From the NCBI RefSeq assembly GCF_036321535.1, contig NC_087437.1, forward strand, positions 119,414,001 to 119,478,000: 64,000 nt of DNA, written 5' to 3'. The translations under genes were made by a program, and so were the position numbers. Below are positions 51,561 through 62,800 of the stretch, one piece after another. The notes below the pieces were generated by a model. That model saw nothing but the letters and a program-made list of their open reading frames with translations. It did no database searches and was not told the origin of the DNA. The stretch comes from Camelus dromedarius. Its lineage: Eukaryota. The stretch's first letter is position 1. Every line of letters begins with the position of its first letter.

Positions 51561-54500
51561 GCTTGTTTTGGGTGCTGTCCGGAGCCTTCAGCTGTGCCAG
51601 GCGGAGAAGCGAGAAGAGCAGCTTCGCCCCGTCTCCCTGCCAGCCTGCCCAGGACTTTGAAAGGACTGAACTTGGGCTTCCTGTCCCTATCCAAAATAGG
51701 TTTGGCCTATTCTCAACTAATATTTGGCAGCTGTTAAAAAAAAAAGTGGAAAATGTGCCCAGCAGGGGTCAGGAGACCTAGGCCCTGGCCTGGGCCTTGT
51801 AGCTCTGGGCAGGTTTCAAACCTCGTGGAGCCTCCATCTCTTTATTTCCAGGGGCAGGATAATTTGCTGAGATAATCTGAAACTGATTTCCCTGCTCTAG
51901 CTATTTCCCTCTCTCTTTCCTTAAAAAGCAGCCAAGACTTTTTTTTTTTTTTAATTAAATTGATTTTCTCTCGCCTTGGGGGCTTTTGAGTTGCAGGGTT
52001 CTTTCCAGAAGTTTCTAAGTGTGTGCAAGAGAATCTCCCTAACCAGACTTTTGCTTTCAAAAGCTGAGGCTCAACAAGGTGATGGCCAAGTCTTCCTGGA
52101 GGGGAGGGGATGGAACTGGGCTCTGGAGGACAGAGGCAGGAGGTGGAGGAACAGTTTCCCAGGCCTGGAGAGGGGAGAGGTCGGGGTGCAGATCCCAGGA
52201 GAGCTCAGGTGTCCCAGGGAAGCAGGAGGACTCCTGCCGGGTGACCAGGGTGCTGAGCACACTGGACCTGAGTTGTGACCTTTGGAGCCATGGAGAGCTT
52301 CGGAGCTCTGGGCTCCAGGGGGCCTGGTGTGGAGGCACTGCCTTCCAGGGACCAGAGGCGGATGATCTGACTGAGAGGAGAAACAGAATGTGGTCTCTCT
52401 TGCCCCTGGGGCTTGGGTGTCAAATTCACACGTCTTCCGGTGGTGCTACTGCCATCCTACCCTGCAGGGGCGTTCTGAGCATCACTGGGTGTAACGCACA
52501 TTACAGCACTTTTCAAACCATTGGCTGGAGTGTTCTGATGGCTCTGGGTCGGGGTTGTATTGTAGGACTGTGGTGATTGACAGAGAGTCGGGGAGGGCAG
52601 CTCCTCAGAGGAAAGTGGGTGCCCAGTGGCCCAGGGCTACCAGCTGTGTCCCAGCTGGGACCTCTGAGGCAGCGACGGGGGCTTTTATTTACGTGTGGGA
52701 AGGAGGGCTGCAGTAATTTTCCGGTGTCCGCCTCTGAGACTTGTCTCCTAATCTTCAGCTTTGAAGGTCATCTCATCGCCAGATGTTATTTCCTATTTCT
52801 TCATTTATGGAAATGATTTCCCAGCTCTCTCCCCCATTCCTTGTTCCATGCTCGAGGAAGGAAACAAGAAACTGTTTGCAATAGTTAACTGGCCTCTTGC
52901 TAACTCAGCTCATGAAATACTGACTTGTGTTTTTCTTTCCCTGAAGACATCCCTCATTAATCTCCAGGTCCCTCTGACCTTCTGGGCTCTTCCCTCTGCT
53001 TCCCTCCACCCTGCACCCCACTCTCAGCTCTGAAGTCCTGCTCTGCTCCCACCTCCCGCATGCTGGGGAAAGAGGGGCTCCTCTCTAGGACTGGGTTGGC
53101 TCCCGCATGTGATGGGGGCGTGCGTCTGGACATTAGAGACAGACACTGTGGGGTCAGGAGGGCCAGCAAGAGAGGAGTCAAGCAAACCGTAGAGAGGAAA
53201 ATGATGTTGCTTTAAAATACACTGATCTACAGAGAGTCCTCATTTGGTGCGTGGCCTCACCCTGGGCTATCAGCCTCCCTGCAGACTAGGTCTCTGCTTC
53301 TGCTCCTTTTCCGTCCTTTCCCGTCAAGAGCTAAGCCATGGTCCTCTCTGCACCTGTTCTCGCCTCTTGAGGTTCTTACTTTCTCTTCCTCTCCTTCATT
53401 CCTGCCTTCCTCTTTCCCTCCCACCTCCTCCCTCTGTCTCTTTCTCTCTCTCTCTCTTCCTTTTAAAAAGTGGAGGCAGTGGCTCCTACGTGAACAGAGG
53501 TAGAAAGGGCCCCGTCGCCGCTAATTCTCTGCTGACCCAAGTGGAAGAGTCAGAGACGCCGAGAAGGCAGGGACCGTGACCAGAAGGCGGGTCTCCAGCC
53601 CAGCCAAGGGCAAGGCTCTGACAGGGATGCTATGCTGTCAGGGGCCTAGGGACCCAATGGGCACAGGGCTCCTCCCTCTCCTCCTCGCCTCCCAGGAGCC
53701 CCCACCACATGTCCCACCACCATCAGCCTGGGGAATAGACATGCCCCTCTTTCCTTCTGGCTGTTGCAACACCAGATTCTGCTTTTATTTCATAGAAAAT
53801 GTTAACTTTCAGAATCAGAGCTTTGGGTTGTAAAAAGCCAGCCAACAAACAACTCCCTATGCCACCTCTCCAAGATCAAGTTTGGTTGAGGCTTCAGGGA
53901 AGGAAATCCCATCAACCCTCAAATTGCTGGAGTGCAGGCATTGATGTGGCGAGAAGGGAACTGGGGACAGGGGCAGGGGACCAGGCTTCTGTAGTCTTTT
54001 GTTTTCCTCCATGCACTGGTGGCGCACCAAACGTGGGAGATGTTCCCCTGGGGAACACTGCAGGGCAGGCACCTTCCCACACTGGGGGCTTCGTGCACGC
54101 TACAAACAGCTGGGGTGGGGCAGCCAGGGGATCGGGGGTGGGAGCTACCGACCAATAGCTGAGGAGCCCAGACAGAGCCCTTTTGCAGGCACTCTGGGGC
54201 TGGGGATCCATCAGTGGATGGACTTTCCTGTCTGCATGGAGCTTACAGTCTAGAGGGGAGTGGTGGGCAGTCAGCACAACCAATAGTAAATTAATCCTGT
54301 GATGCACAGACCACAAGGAGGCGTAGCATCAGGGGTGAGGCGGTTTGGTGGGGGTGCAGTTGCAGATATCAGGTCCCCAGGGCAGGACACTTGAAGGGCT
54401 GACTCCTAAAGGGCAGGACTGCAGTAGAGCAGAGGCCCGGGTGTCACCAGCTTGCCTCTGGCGGACCCTGCCTTGAACTGCACAGCGAGAGCGCCTCTGA

Positions 54501-56329
54501 CTTAGACCAGGAATAATTTCTAGAATATCTTAAGCTCGTGGAACAAGTTTAAATGTATCCAACTTAGATAAGAACTTCAGCTTTCGAATCTTTCCCCATT
54601 ACTGTCTGACCACACTTGAGGGCTGAGTTTCCCCGGTTCTGGCCACCCCAGGTCCCCAGTGTTGAGGCCAGATTCCAGCACGGCAGGGATTTCTGAGGGT
54701 CTGTTGAAGGCATGGCTGAAATCATAGGTCTTGGAAGAAAAATGAAGTTCAAGTTGGTGTAGCTCTGTAGTTGAGCTGAAGAAAGTCAGCCAGGCAGGGT
54801 CCACACAACATTAATTCAGAGCTGGCCACCCTGTCATCAAAGAAGGCTCAAGGTCAAATTATTGAAAGCTAGATCATCCAAATCTGAAGACGACTGTGTT
54901 CATTAGATTTCTTCCTAGCCAGCTGGGAGGGGGGAGGCCAGGATGCCATGGTTGATGTCCCCAAGTGTTTCTCTGGAGGGATCCAGAGATCTTCTGTTCC
55001 TGACCTCCACGGGTGGGACAATCCAAGTTGCCAAGCCAGCCTCAACCTTTGTCACCAGCTCCCTGCAGAAGTACACCTGGGTCAAGCCACAGGCCCTCCA
55101 CAAGCCCACTGGACATCTGATTTACCCATACGCCCACTCCCCTCACCAGGTACCAAGAACAGAAATCTTTGTACCAGAGACCAAGTCCTCAAGGTGGCCT
55201 CTTTCTCTCATTTCCCAGCCTTAGGAGCTGGACGTCTGGAATAGAGAAGCTGAGTACTCCTTGAAATGGAATTTGGGGGATAAAGTGCAAACCAGGCAGC
55301 TGAAACTACAAACTTACAAGAAAAGTGAGTTTAGTCGGCTGCTCATTGAGTCCATTATCCCCAGGACATCAGGTAGTTGGCTCTGCAGCCGGGAGCATGT
55401 CCTTACCAATGATTTGAGCGGAGCCTGGGAGAAGATGCCATTAGCAAGGGGAGGGAATACTTTGAATAGGTGGCAGACCCCAAGCTTCACAGGGGACACT
55501 GAGAAGACAGAAGTCATGCAGAGAAAGGCAGGCGAGAAGAAGCACCATCTTCTACAGAATGATGTCGGAGGGACCAGGAATGTCTGGTCCAAGGACGCAA
55601 AGCCTGGGGAGAAGTATGGAGCCATGACTGAGTAGCTCAAGGCCTACTGTGCTCACTGATGCTGGGCGGTAGAACACAGGGCACTCGGGGTGACAGGGAG
55701 TCCCATTAGGCACAGGGACCGCCTGCTAGCGATGACAACTACTTAGCGGTGCGGGCTGCTTGTTGAGGCAGGAGGTGTCTTCCCACCTGATGTCCCCAAG
55801 CCCAGCCTGGCCCACCTGTCAGTGATGTCTCAGCAGAGATTCCTGCTGGGGTTGAGGTCTGAACTGGACGGTCCTGTGATGAGCTCCCCTTACATTTGCC
55901 TGATTGGCTCCCATACTTGAGCTCAGAGTTCCCCAAAATGGCCTTGATGAAGCACCCATGTCCCAGTCTTTCCAGATGGGTCCACTGGGGCTGCCATCCC
56001 CTTTGGCCTGTTTGGCCCATGGAACTCAAGTCAGGCCAATCAGTCTTCGGTTTCCCCCACGGGGCATAGTGGCTGGTTGTCAGCTGATGAAGCCAAGTCC
56101 CCTAAACCTGAGGTTCCTGACCGAATTTATGATTTATCTCTCTACCCAAACCTGTACGCCCTTTCCTGTCCCCTCCGTCCTCAGTCCTGTCCTCAATCCT
56201 GTAGTAGCAAGGACTGAAGACACAGAATGGTGCTTGGCCCTGGCAAGTCTGAAACCAGTACACCTCGAGGCTTCCTGTTACCTCGGACAATACATGACCT
56301 ATAGCTTCAGCCAGTTGGAGCTGGGTTTC

Positions 56330-56463
56330 TTTATTTTTTTTTTTAAACATTTTTTAATTGAGTTATAGTCATTTTACAATGTTGTGTCAAATGTCAGTGT
56401 AGAGCACAATTTTTCAGTTATACATGAACATACATATATTCATTGTCACATTTTTTTTCGCTG
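56330..56463 (-). mobile_element. Young 134-bp L1 3' end with perfect 14-bp TSD
   Basis: tggagctgggtttc at 56316-56329 and 56464-56477 flanks a T-tract plus antisense L1 3' terminus. Confidence 0.9.
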
Positions 56464-58677
56464 TGGAGCTGGGTTTCCATCACTTACAACCAAAAGTCCC
56501 AATGGCAATGCCACAGAGCTCACCTTCTCGGCTATTTGCCTATTCTCGGATTTGGCACAAAAGGGATAACATTAGTAAGGGTTAGAACTGGGGTGCTAGC
56601 TGTGGACCATGCACGTGTTTCCCATGTAGCTGAGATGATTATTGCCCCAGTGTACAGGTGTATCCGTGAGGATGCTTTCCGTGGCCTGTAACAGAAAAGC
56701 CAGCAGCTCAAGTCACACCAACAAGGACTACTTTATCCCTGTCTGCCCTCTCTGGCTTCATCCTCAGCCTCTACATACTATCCCCTGGGCCGTTCCTAGG
56801 AGCCTGGCAAGCATCACCTTACACTTCTAGTTCCCGACCAACCACTGACCAAATCACATGACGTAGAACTGGGGGGTGGGGAGAGGGTCCCAGAAGGAAG
56901 TTGTCAACTAATTCTTAGCAGTGGGGAGAATGGATATTGGGTGCAGAATAGACACTAGAGCATCAGAACCACAAAGGCTCGTCATTTGCCCTGGCTGCAG
57001 AGCTGCAGGGCCCAGCCACATTCTCACGGCCCCTCCCCAGCCCTGTTCTGCGCTTTCCTCCCCCTGCTCTTTGTCCTGTCTGCCCCCCGGCGTAAGAGGT
57101 AGGGTGCAGGGCTGGCCGCCTATCCCGGGCCCCAGAGACGGGCCACCTTTCTCTCTGTCTTTTCACCTGAACTTTCCCAGGAAGGCTTGTGGATTTGAAT
57201 CCTCTTTGCAGAACATTCGGAGTTTGTTGGCCTCCCTGTTCAGCACATTTAAGGCACCACACAGCCTGGTGGGCCCACCATGTGGAGCGTGGCCCCTGGA
57301 AATACAGCAGTCAGAGTTCCTTCCTCACAGTCAACAGTGGAGCAGAGGTGCACAGGCTCCGCAAGTGAAACCGTGCAGACAAAGGCAGGGCTCTCCCCGC
57401 CTTGAACTCATACATTATACCGCCTTTCTCCCCTTTGATTTGAGGCCAGAATTTGGCTATGGTCATCAGAGCTGGCGTATGAAGGCCCCCTGCCTGACAT
57501 GAAGTCATGCTCCCTTCTAGGTGAGGAGAAAGACAGGGACTTTGCGTATCTGAGGGGTACAAAGGAGGGGTGACCAGGTGTGCTGAAGGTGGGAAGACGT
57601 GCATTCCTGGCTGCGGTCCCCACACCCAAACCACTGAACGAAAGCACTAGCCTCTGAGATTGGGAGTAAGGAATGTCTTATCACCATGGTTACCAAGAAG
57701 TGGTCCCACTTACATATAATAAGGGCTTTAGCAGACGCCAGGCCATCTGATATTCCTGTCTGGGGCCAAATGAAAGGGTGCCCAGACTCATTCCTTATGA
57801 AGTTACGTGAACACAGCTCTGGGCCAGGTGCTGGGCCAGGTACTGGAAACACTACATCTGCAACAACAAAAAGAAAGCTTTTCTTTTTTTGTTGGGGTGG
57901 AGGTGGGAGCTGGGGGAGGACAGAGGCCTGGGCATCTTCACCCAGCACCCCTTTGTTACCCAGCACTTAGCTCCGCGGCAGGCACACGGCGATGTTGCAT
58001 GAGTGAGTGAGTGCGTTGCCTCAGTGTGGGAGGCCACCCCAGATATGGAGCTGCAGTGGGGTGGGGGGCGTTAGGGCGGCCATCTCTTTTTTAGTGCTTA
58101 TGCTCCTGCCTGGCAGGGAGCTGCCCAACAATACAAAAAGAAAGGAGAATCCCCTTGCCCTCCACCCTCCATTCCCAGGCGCCTCCTCTGACCCTACTGG
58201 CACAGCACTGCAGGTTTTAAGGTGGCATTCCTAGCGGGGGAACCTTGCTGCCTGTCGAGGTCCCAGGGCCGCCGCGCCAGCCGCCTTGAGTTTCTGAGCT
58301 CCGAGGCTGGGAGGATCCACTGCAGCTGCCTGGACAGAGCCGCCGGCGGCTGGGGAACCGGGTTGTCCGGAGCTGGGCCAGCCGACCCCCTGCAGGAGCA
58401 AAACAAGAGCACGCGCACCTGCCGGCCCCGCCCCGCCCCTGCCGGCCCCGCCCCGCCCCTGCCAGCCCCGCCCCGCCCCGCCCACCCTGCGCGCCTGCCA
58501 ATCGCGGGTCGCGAGCGGGCCGTGGGCGGGGCCTGCGCGGGCAGATCGTGGGCGGGGCCGCGGCCCCAGCAGCAAGCGGAGACCAAGCCGGACCCCGCGC
58601 GGCGCGCAGCAGCGGAGTCTGGGGCGATCGCAGCCTAGTGCCCGGCGCCCGTGCCCGCCGCCCGCAACCTCGTCCCC

Positions 58678-58701
58678 GCCGCCGCCGCCGCCGCCGCCGC
58701 C
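58678..58701 (+). repeat. (GCC)8 trinucleotide repeat in the ABCG1 5' UTR
   Basis: Eight uninterrupted GCC units ending 8 nt before the ATG. Confidence 0.92.
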
Positions 58702-58709
58702 CCCGGGGC

Positions 58710-58751
58710 ATGGCCTGTCTGATGGCCGCTTTCTCGGTCGGCACCGCCATG
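58710..58751 (+). CDS. ABCG1: ABCG1 first coding exon (ABC transporter G1), encoding MACLMAAFSVGTAM; gene continues beyond the window
   Basis: ATG at 58710 in strong Kozak context (ggggcATGg); 14 codons match the known ABCG1 N-terminus; phase-0 donor ATG|gtgagt at 58752; lies in a CpG island. Confidence 0.96.
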
Positions 58752-59358
58752 GTGAGTGAGCGCATCCTTCGTTCTCGGGGCTTGGTTCTGTTCTCCAGGA
58801 GAACAAGAAACGCACAAAGACCCTCACCCGCACTCTGACACCGGCCCCTAGTCCCGGGGAGGCGCCCAACTCCCGTCACCCCCAATCCTGGCCACTGGGA
58901 GCCTCGGGATGCTCCTTGCGGCCGAGGATTCGGGGAATGCTGAGGGGCCAGGAGAGGGTGAGAGGAGGCCAGCAGCCCCACAAGTGGACAGATGGCCTTG
59001 ACCTCGTCCACCTCCCGGTGAAGGGCCTGGGGCCTAGAGACCTGGAGTGCGCTGGGGCGGGGCGGCAGCCTGGGCCAGAGGGAAAGGGGGTCCGATCCCT
59101 CTGCCGGCGCGCGCGGGCGGAGCCTGGGGACCGGGAGCTTCTTGGGCTCCTCTCCCGAGCGCCAGCACGGTCTGGGGGAACAAAAGAGGGAGGTGATCCT
59201 TAGAGCCGGAGCCTGTGCTGCCCCTGCGCTCCCCGGGACAGCCTCTCCCGGACCTGCCCAGGAGAGGGCAGAGGAATCTCCGGAAGGCAGTTGAGGGTCG
59301 AGCCTGGATACCTCCGGCCACATTTCTGCACCCCGGAGAGAGACAGGGGTGGGGACAG

Positions 59359-59443
59359 GCACGCATCTCACTTTTCCCAAGGGTACCAGCTCCCTATGGG
59401 GGACCAGCGGGTGCCAGCGAATTCATTGCTAGACACAGTTAGA
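59359..59443 (+). pseudogene. ABCG1: Degenerate homolog of the human ABCG1 alternative first coding exon
   Basis: Encodes ARISLFPRVPAPYGG in one frame and SLLDTVR in another, followed by gcaagt; resembles the recalled human isoform N-terminus MRISLPRAPERDGGVSASSLLDTVT. Confidence 0.7.
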
Positions 59444-59824
59444 GCAAGTGCCATTCCCAGGAGTGGTCAGTAGTCTCCTCTTGCTCCTTTGAAATATCTC
59501 CGTAAACTCACATTAGGAAAAAAGAAAAAAAAAAAACTAACCATTGACTCACCCATCCTAGGGTCTTTCATTTCTATGCCTAGCACGCGGACAGTGCAGT
59601 TAGGTACTTCTGCACTGATTTCAGGTCATCCAAAGTACAAATAGAAAGTATTCGGTATTCCAACCCCTTTTCTATCGATTGTCTATGTATTTACTATCTT
59701 GCTAGTTACTTCCCATGAGCTGTAACCCCACAGTGCACAGCACGCACCGGTTTCCACCCCCACCCCTCGCCTTTATTTCATTTTTAGCATCCTGTATTTG
59801 AAGTCAGCAGGGCTCAGCAGGATT

Positions 59825-59840
59825 TGACCGACAGTTACCT
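59825..59840 (-). promoter_or_regulatory. DR4 LXR/RXR response element
   Basis: Minus strand reads AGGTAA-ctgt-CGGTCA, close to the ABCA1 LXRE (AGGTTActatCGGTCA); ABCG1 is an established LXR target with intronic LXREs. Confidence 0.85.
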
Positions 59841-62800
59841 CTTGCCTTGAGCTCAAGAAAAAAAAAAAAGTAGCCGGGTTTCTGCGCATGCTCTGTTCTG
59901 ACAACTGCATCCTATGATTCCAAACAGGTTACTGTAGAACATACCGAGCCTCGCCAGCTCATTATATAATGATTCTGTGTAAACCGATAGAATGGGGTCA
60001 GAGACACGTTAAGGAGGTGGGTAGAAAAGGGAAGAGCCCGGGGCAGGAGACCCACAGGCCGGGTCCCACCTCTGAGCACACTGTGCCTTTATTCCCCAGC
60101 TTCTCACATATAAAAGGAATCAAAAAATGAAAAAGGCAAGCCCTCCTCATGATATTTGCTTTTATCAGGTTGAATGTTGGGGAACACTTGGCCATTCTTC
60201 ATTTAACATATCTCTTTGATATTCCTAAATTATGGTGATAATGGAAAATTAAGGGGATTGCTGTTGTCAGTTGTGGGTAAAGAGAGTTTCAGGTCTGACA
60301 GATTAACTGTTGAAGCCTCTCAAAGCTGCAGAAGCAGCTCATACACGTCGGGAAATAATAAATCAGAATGTTTTAAGGTACAGGCGTTTTTATATTAAGA
60401 TTTTTGTATGTTATGTTATAGTTTGATATAGCCCCAGAGTGCAAGTATTTTGTCTGTTTAGAGATGCTAATGGCTGGGCTCTTCCCAGCCCCCCACCAAG
60501 GGGGTGTTGTTTGTGTGAAACTCACTTTCCTCCCTGAAAACCTTGTGCTTTTTTTTTTTTTTAATTTAAAAAATTCTACCCAAGTCATCAACAAAGAGCC
60601 CTTAGGAGGTCCCCTGGATCCTGGGCTTCGAGTGGGGTCTAGTCCGGGGCTGGCTGTGCCAGGCGTGAGTCTGGGGAGGATGCCTTGGAGGATGGAACAA
60701 GCACCCACTTGGTGTGCTGGAGTCCCTGAGCCGGGCTGGGAGGGGCGGGCACAGGCTCCCAGTGGGGTAGTGGTATTTGAGGCTGTTTGGAGTGAGATTT
60801 TCGGTGATGATAAGGCTGGCATTCTGAGTGACCATACAAGTGGCATCTTCCCTTTGCTTAGTTAGGGGCATGGCATTCGGGCTCTTTTCCCTAAGGCAGT
60901 GGCCTTGAGGATTCTGGACCAGCACGTCTTTCTCTCATGTGCCCAGGAAGGGGTCTGCTCTCCAAGTGCAGTCTGCTGGTCTGGGTGGACACCGAGGCAG
61001 GCAGCAAGGAGAGAAGTGAGAGACAGTGCAGACCAGTGCCCTTCCCCTTCCTCCCTTCCCTAAGATGCTGTGGGGGCAGGGGGACTTACTGCCTCTAACC
61101 TGCTTCCCTGGGTAAAGAGAGTGAACCAGCCTCACAATGCCTGGGGGCTTGCTGACTGTTAGAGACCCTCCCCAGCTAAACAGGCATCTCGTTAAACTAG
61201 CATTCAAATTAGAATCAGTGCCTCAGCCATGGCAGGCAGGAACAGTCCAAATGGGGTCTCCTTGGCATTCAGCACCTGTGAACGGACACACTATTATTTA
61301 CCACTTATTACGCAGCACCAATTGTGTGGGGTGGGAAGGTCAAAGACAGTGCTTCGGGTAAGACAGGGACGCACGCAGCGAAAGGGAACGGGGAATGAAT
61401 GGGGAGAGAGGATGTACTTGTTTCATTTTTAATGAGCTCAGGAGGCTGAGGAGGAGCTAGCTGTAACCTACATCGCTGGGCTCTCCTCTGAGGACGTGTT
61501 TCCAGAGAGCTGGTCTATTTTGGAGTGACAGCCACTGCCTCCCATCACCCAGTATTTCAGAATTTTATTAATTGGACACCCATGGAGGAAAGGTGGATGA
61601 TGGCTGGCACTGCTTTGGTGTTGATTTCTTTGGGGGTGGGGTTGTGTGGTTTCCTCAGTTTCTTGTGGATTTCCTTGTAACAGACAGGGGCTGGGATGAC
61701 GCAGGGTCAAGTCCAACTTGCCCGTAGAAAGCTAAGCAGCATTCAGGTGCTGTTAGGGACGCTGGCTGGGAGGACCCATGCAGAGCCCGACTCCAGGTTG
61801 GCTACTCATTCATGGTGGGGTGGGGCAGGGGAGGTGGTCTCTCCGTGAAATGATGGGAGATGGTGACCCCCCCAGAGAGCTGTGCAGAGAGTGAGAGGAG
61901 TGATCTCTGCAACCTGGAGTTTAATGGGCACGTTGTAATCGCTGAGTCAATAGTTGCTATTGTTTATAACCACTTAACTACTATGCGGGAGATGTTATAA
62001 TTTAAAACTTTAAATGGCGAGTGAGTACTTGCCCCTGGCTGCTCTCTCTCACTCGCAAATCAGTGTACTCAACCAGCTTTGTCCTGCTGGCCCACCTGCC
62101 TTGTCTCCTTTCCCGCTGCCCCAGCTGGTTAGGGCCACTCACCCTAGGCTCTGCACGATGCTGCAGGAGACGGTTCTCAGCTCGTGTTCTGCTCTGTTGC
62201 TTCCGCCTTGAGATCCCTCAGTGACACCCCCATGCAGAGACCTCTAGATAAAGTACAAAACCTGTAACAATATTGCAAGCCCACCACCGTGTGGACCTCG
62301 TCTTACTCCACGTCCCCAAATAGGAGCTCCAGCCCCTGAATTTCTCCCAGATCTCCAGGTGTTCCACTCCTTCTGGCTGCCTGGCTTTTGCACATACTGT
62401 TCCCTGGAAGGGAGCATCGTGAACCGGCACCCTTCCCCCCACCTCAGCTGGCTAAGCTCAGCTTATGTTTCATTTCCTCAGAGACACTTTGTGCCCCAGC
62501 CAGGACCTGTGGGCTTCGTTGTCCTTTGTGGGTTCCAGCATCCTCTCCTTCTATGTCTTGCCCCTCGGTATGGAGATTATCTGGACCCAATCTTGGACAT
62601 GAGCTTGCTGAGGTCACAAGCCATGTCTGTCTGTTGATGGCTGATCCCCGGGACTTGATCTGGAGAAGTGAGTGAGAGAATAGATAGGCGAGGAGTCTAG
62701 AGTCAGACCCTCATCGTAATCCAGGCCGGCATCTGCTCCAGTTGGCGGTGGAGTGATGGTTGTTCGTCCTGGCAGTGTGCATGTGGGTTTCATCCAAATG

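Larger units (their letters stand above)
58250..59250 (+). promoter_or_regulatory. ABCG1: CpG-island, TATA-less ABCG1 promoter/first-exon region with GC boxes and a CCAAT box
   Basis: Very high GC and CpG density; tandem ccccgccc GC boxes ~58425-58482; CCAAT at 58498-58502; further gggcgggg boxes ~58524-58558. Confidence 0.9.

Noticed and set aside
58752..58838. Read-through of ABCG1 exon 1 (VSERILRSRG...)
   Set aside because: Intron sequence after a consensus gtgagt donor.
58217..59380. 387-aa minus-strand ORF and other long ORFs over the promoter
   Set aside because: Stop-codon depletion in a CpG island; low-complexity Arg/Gly/Pro/Ala product with no recognisable family.
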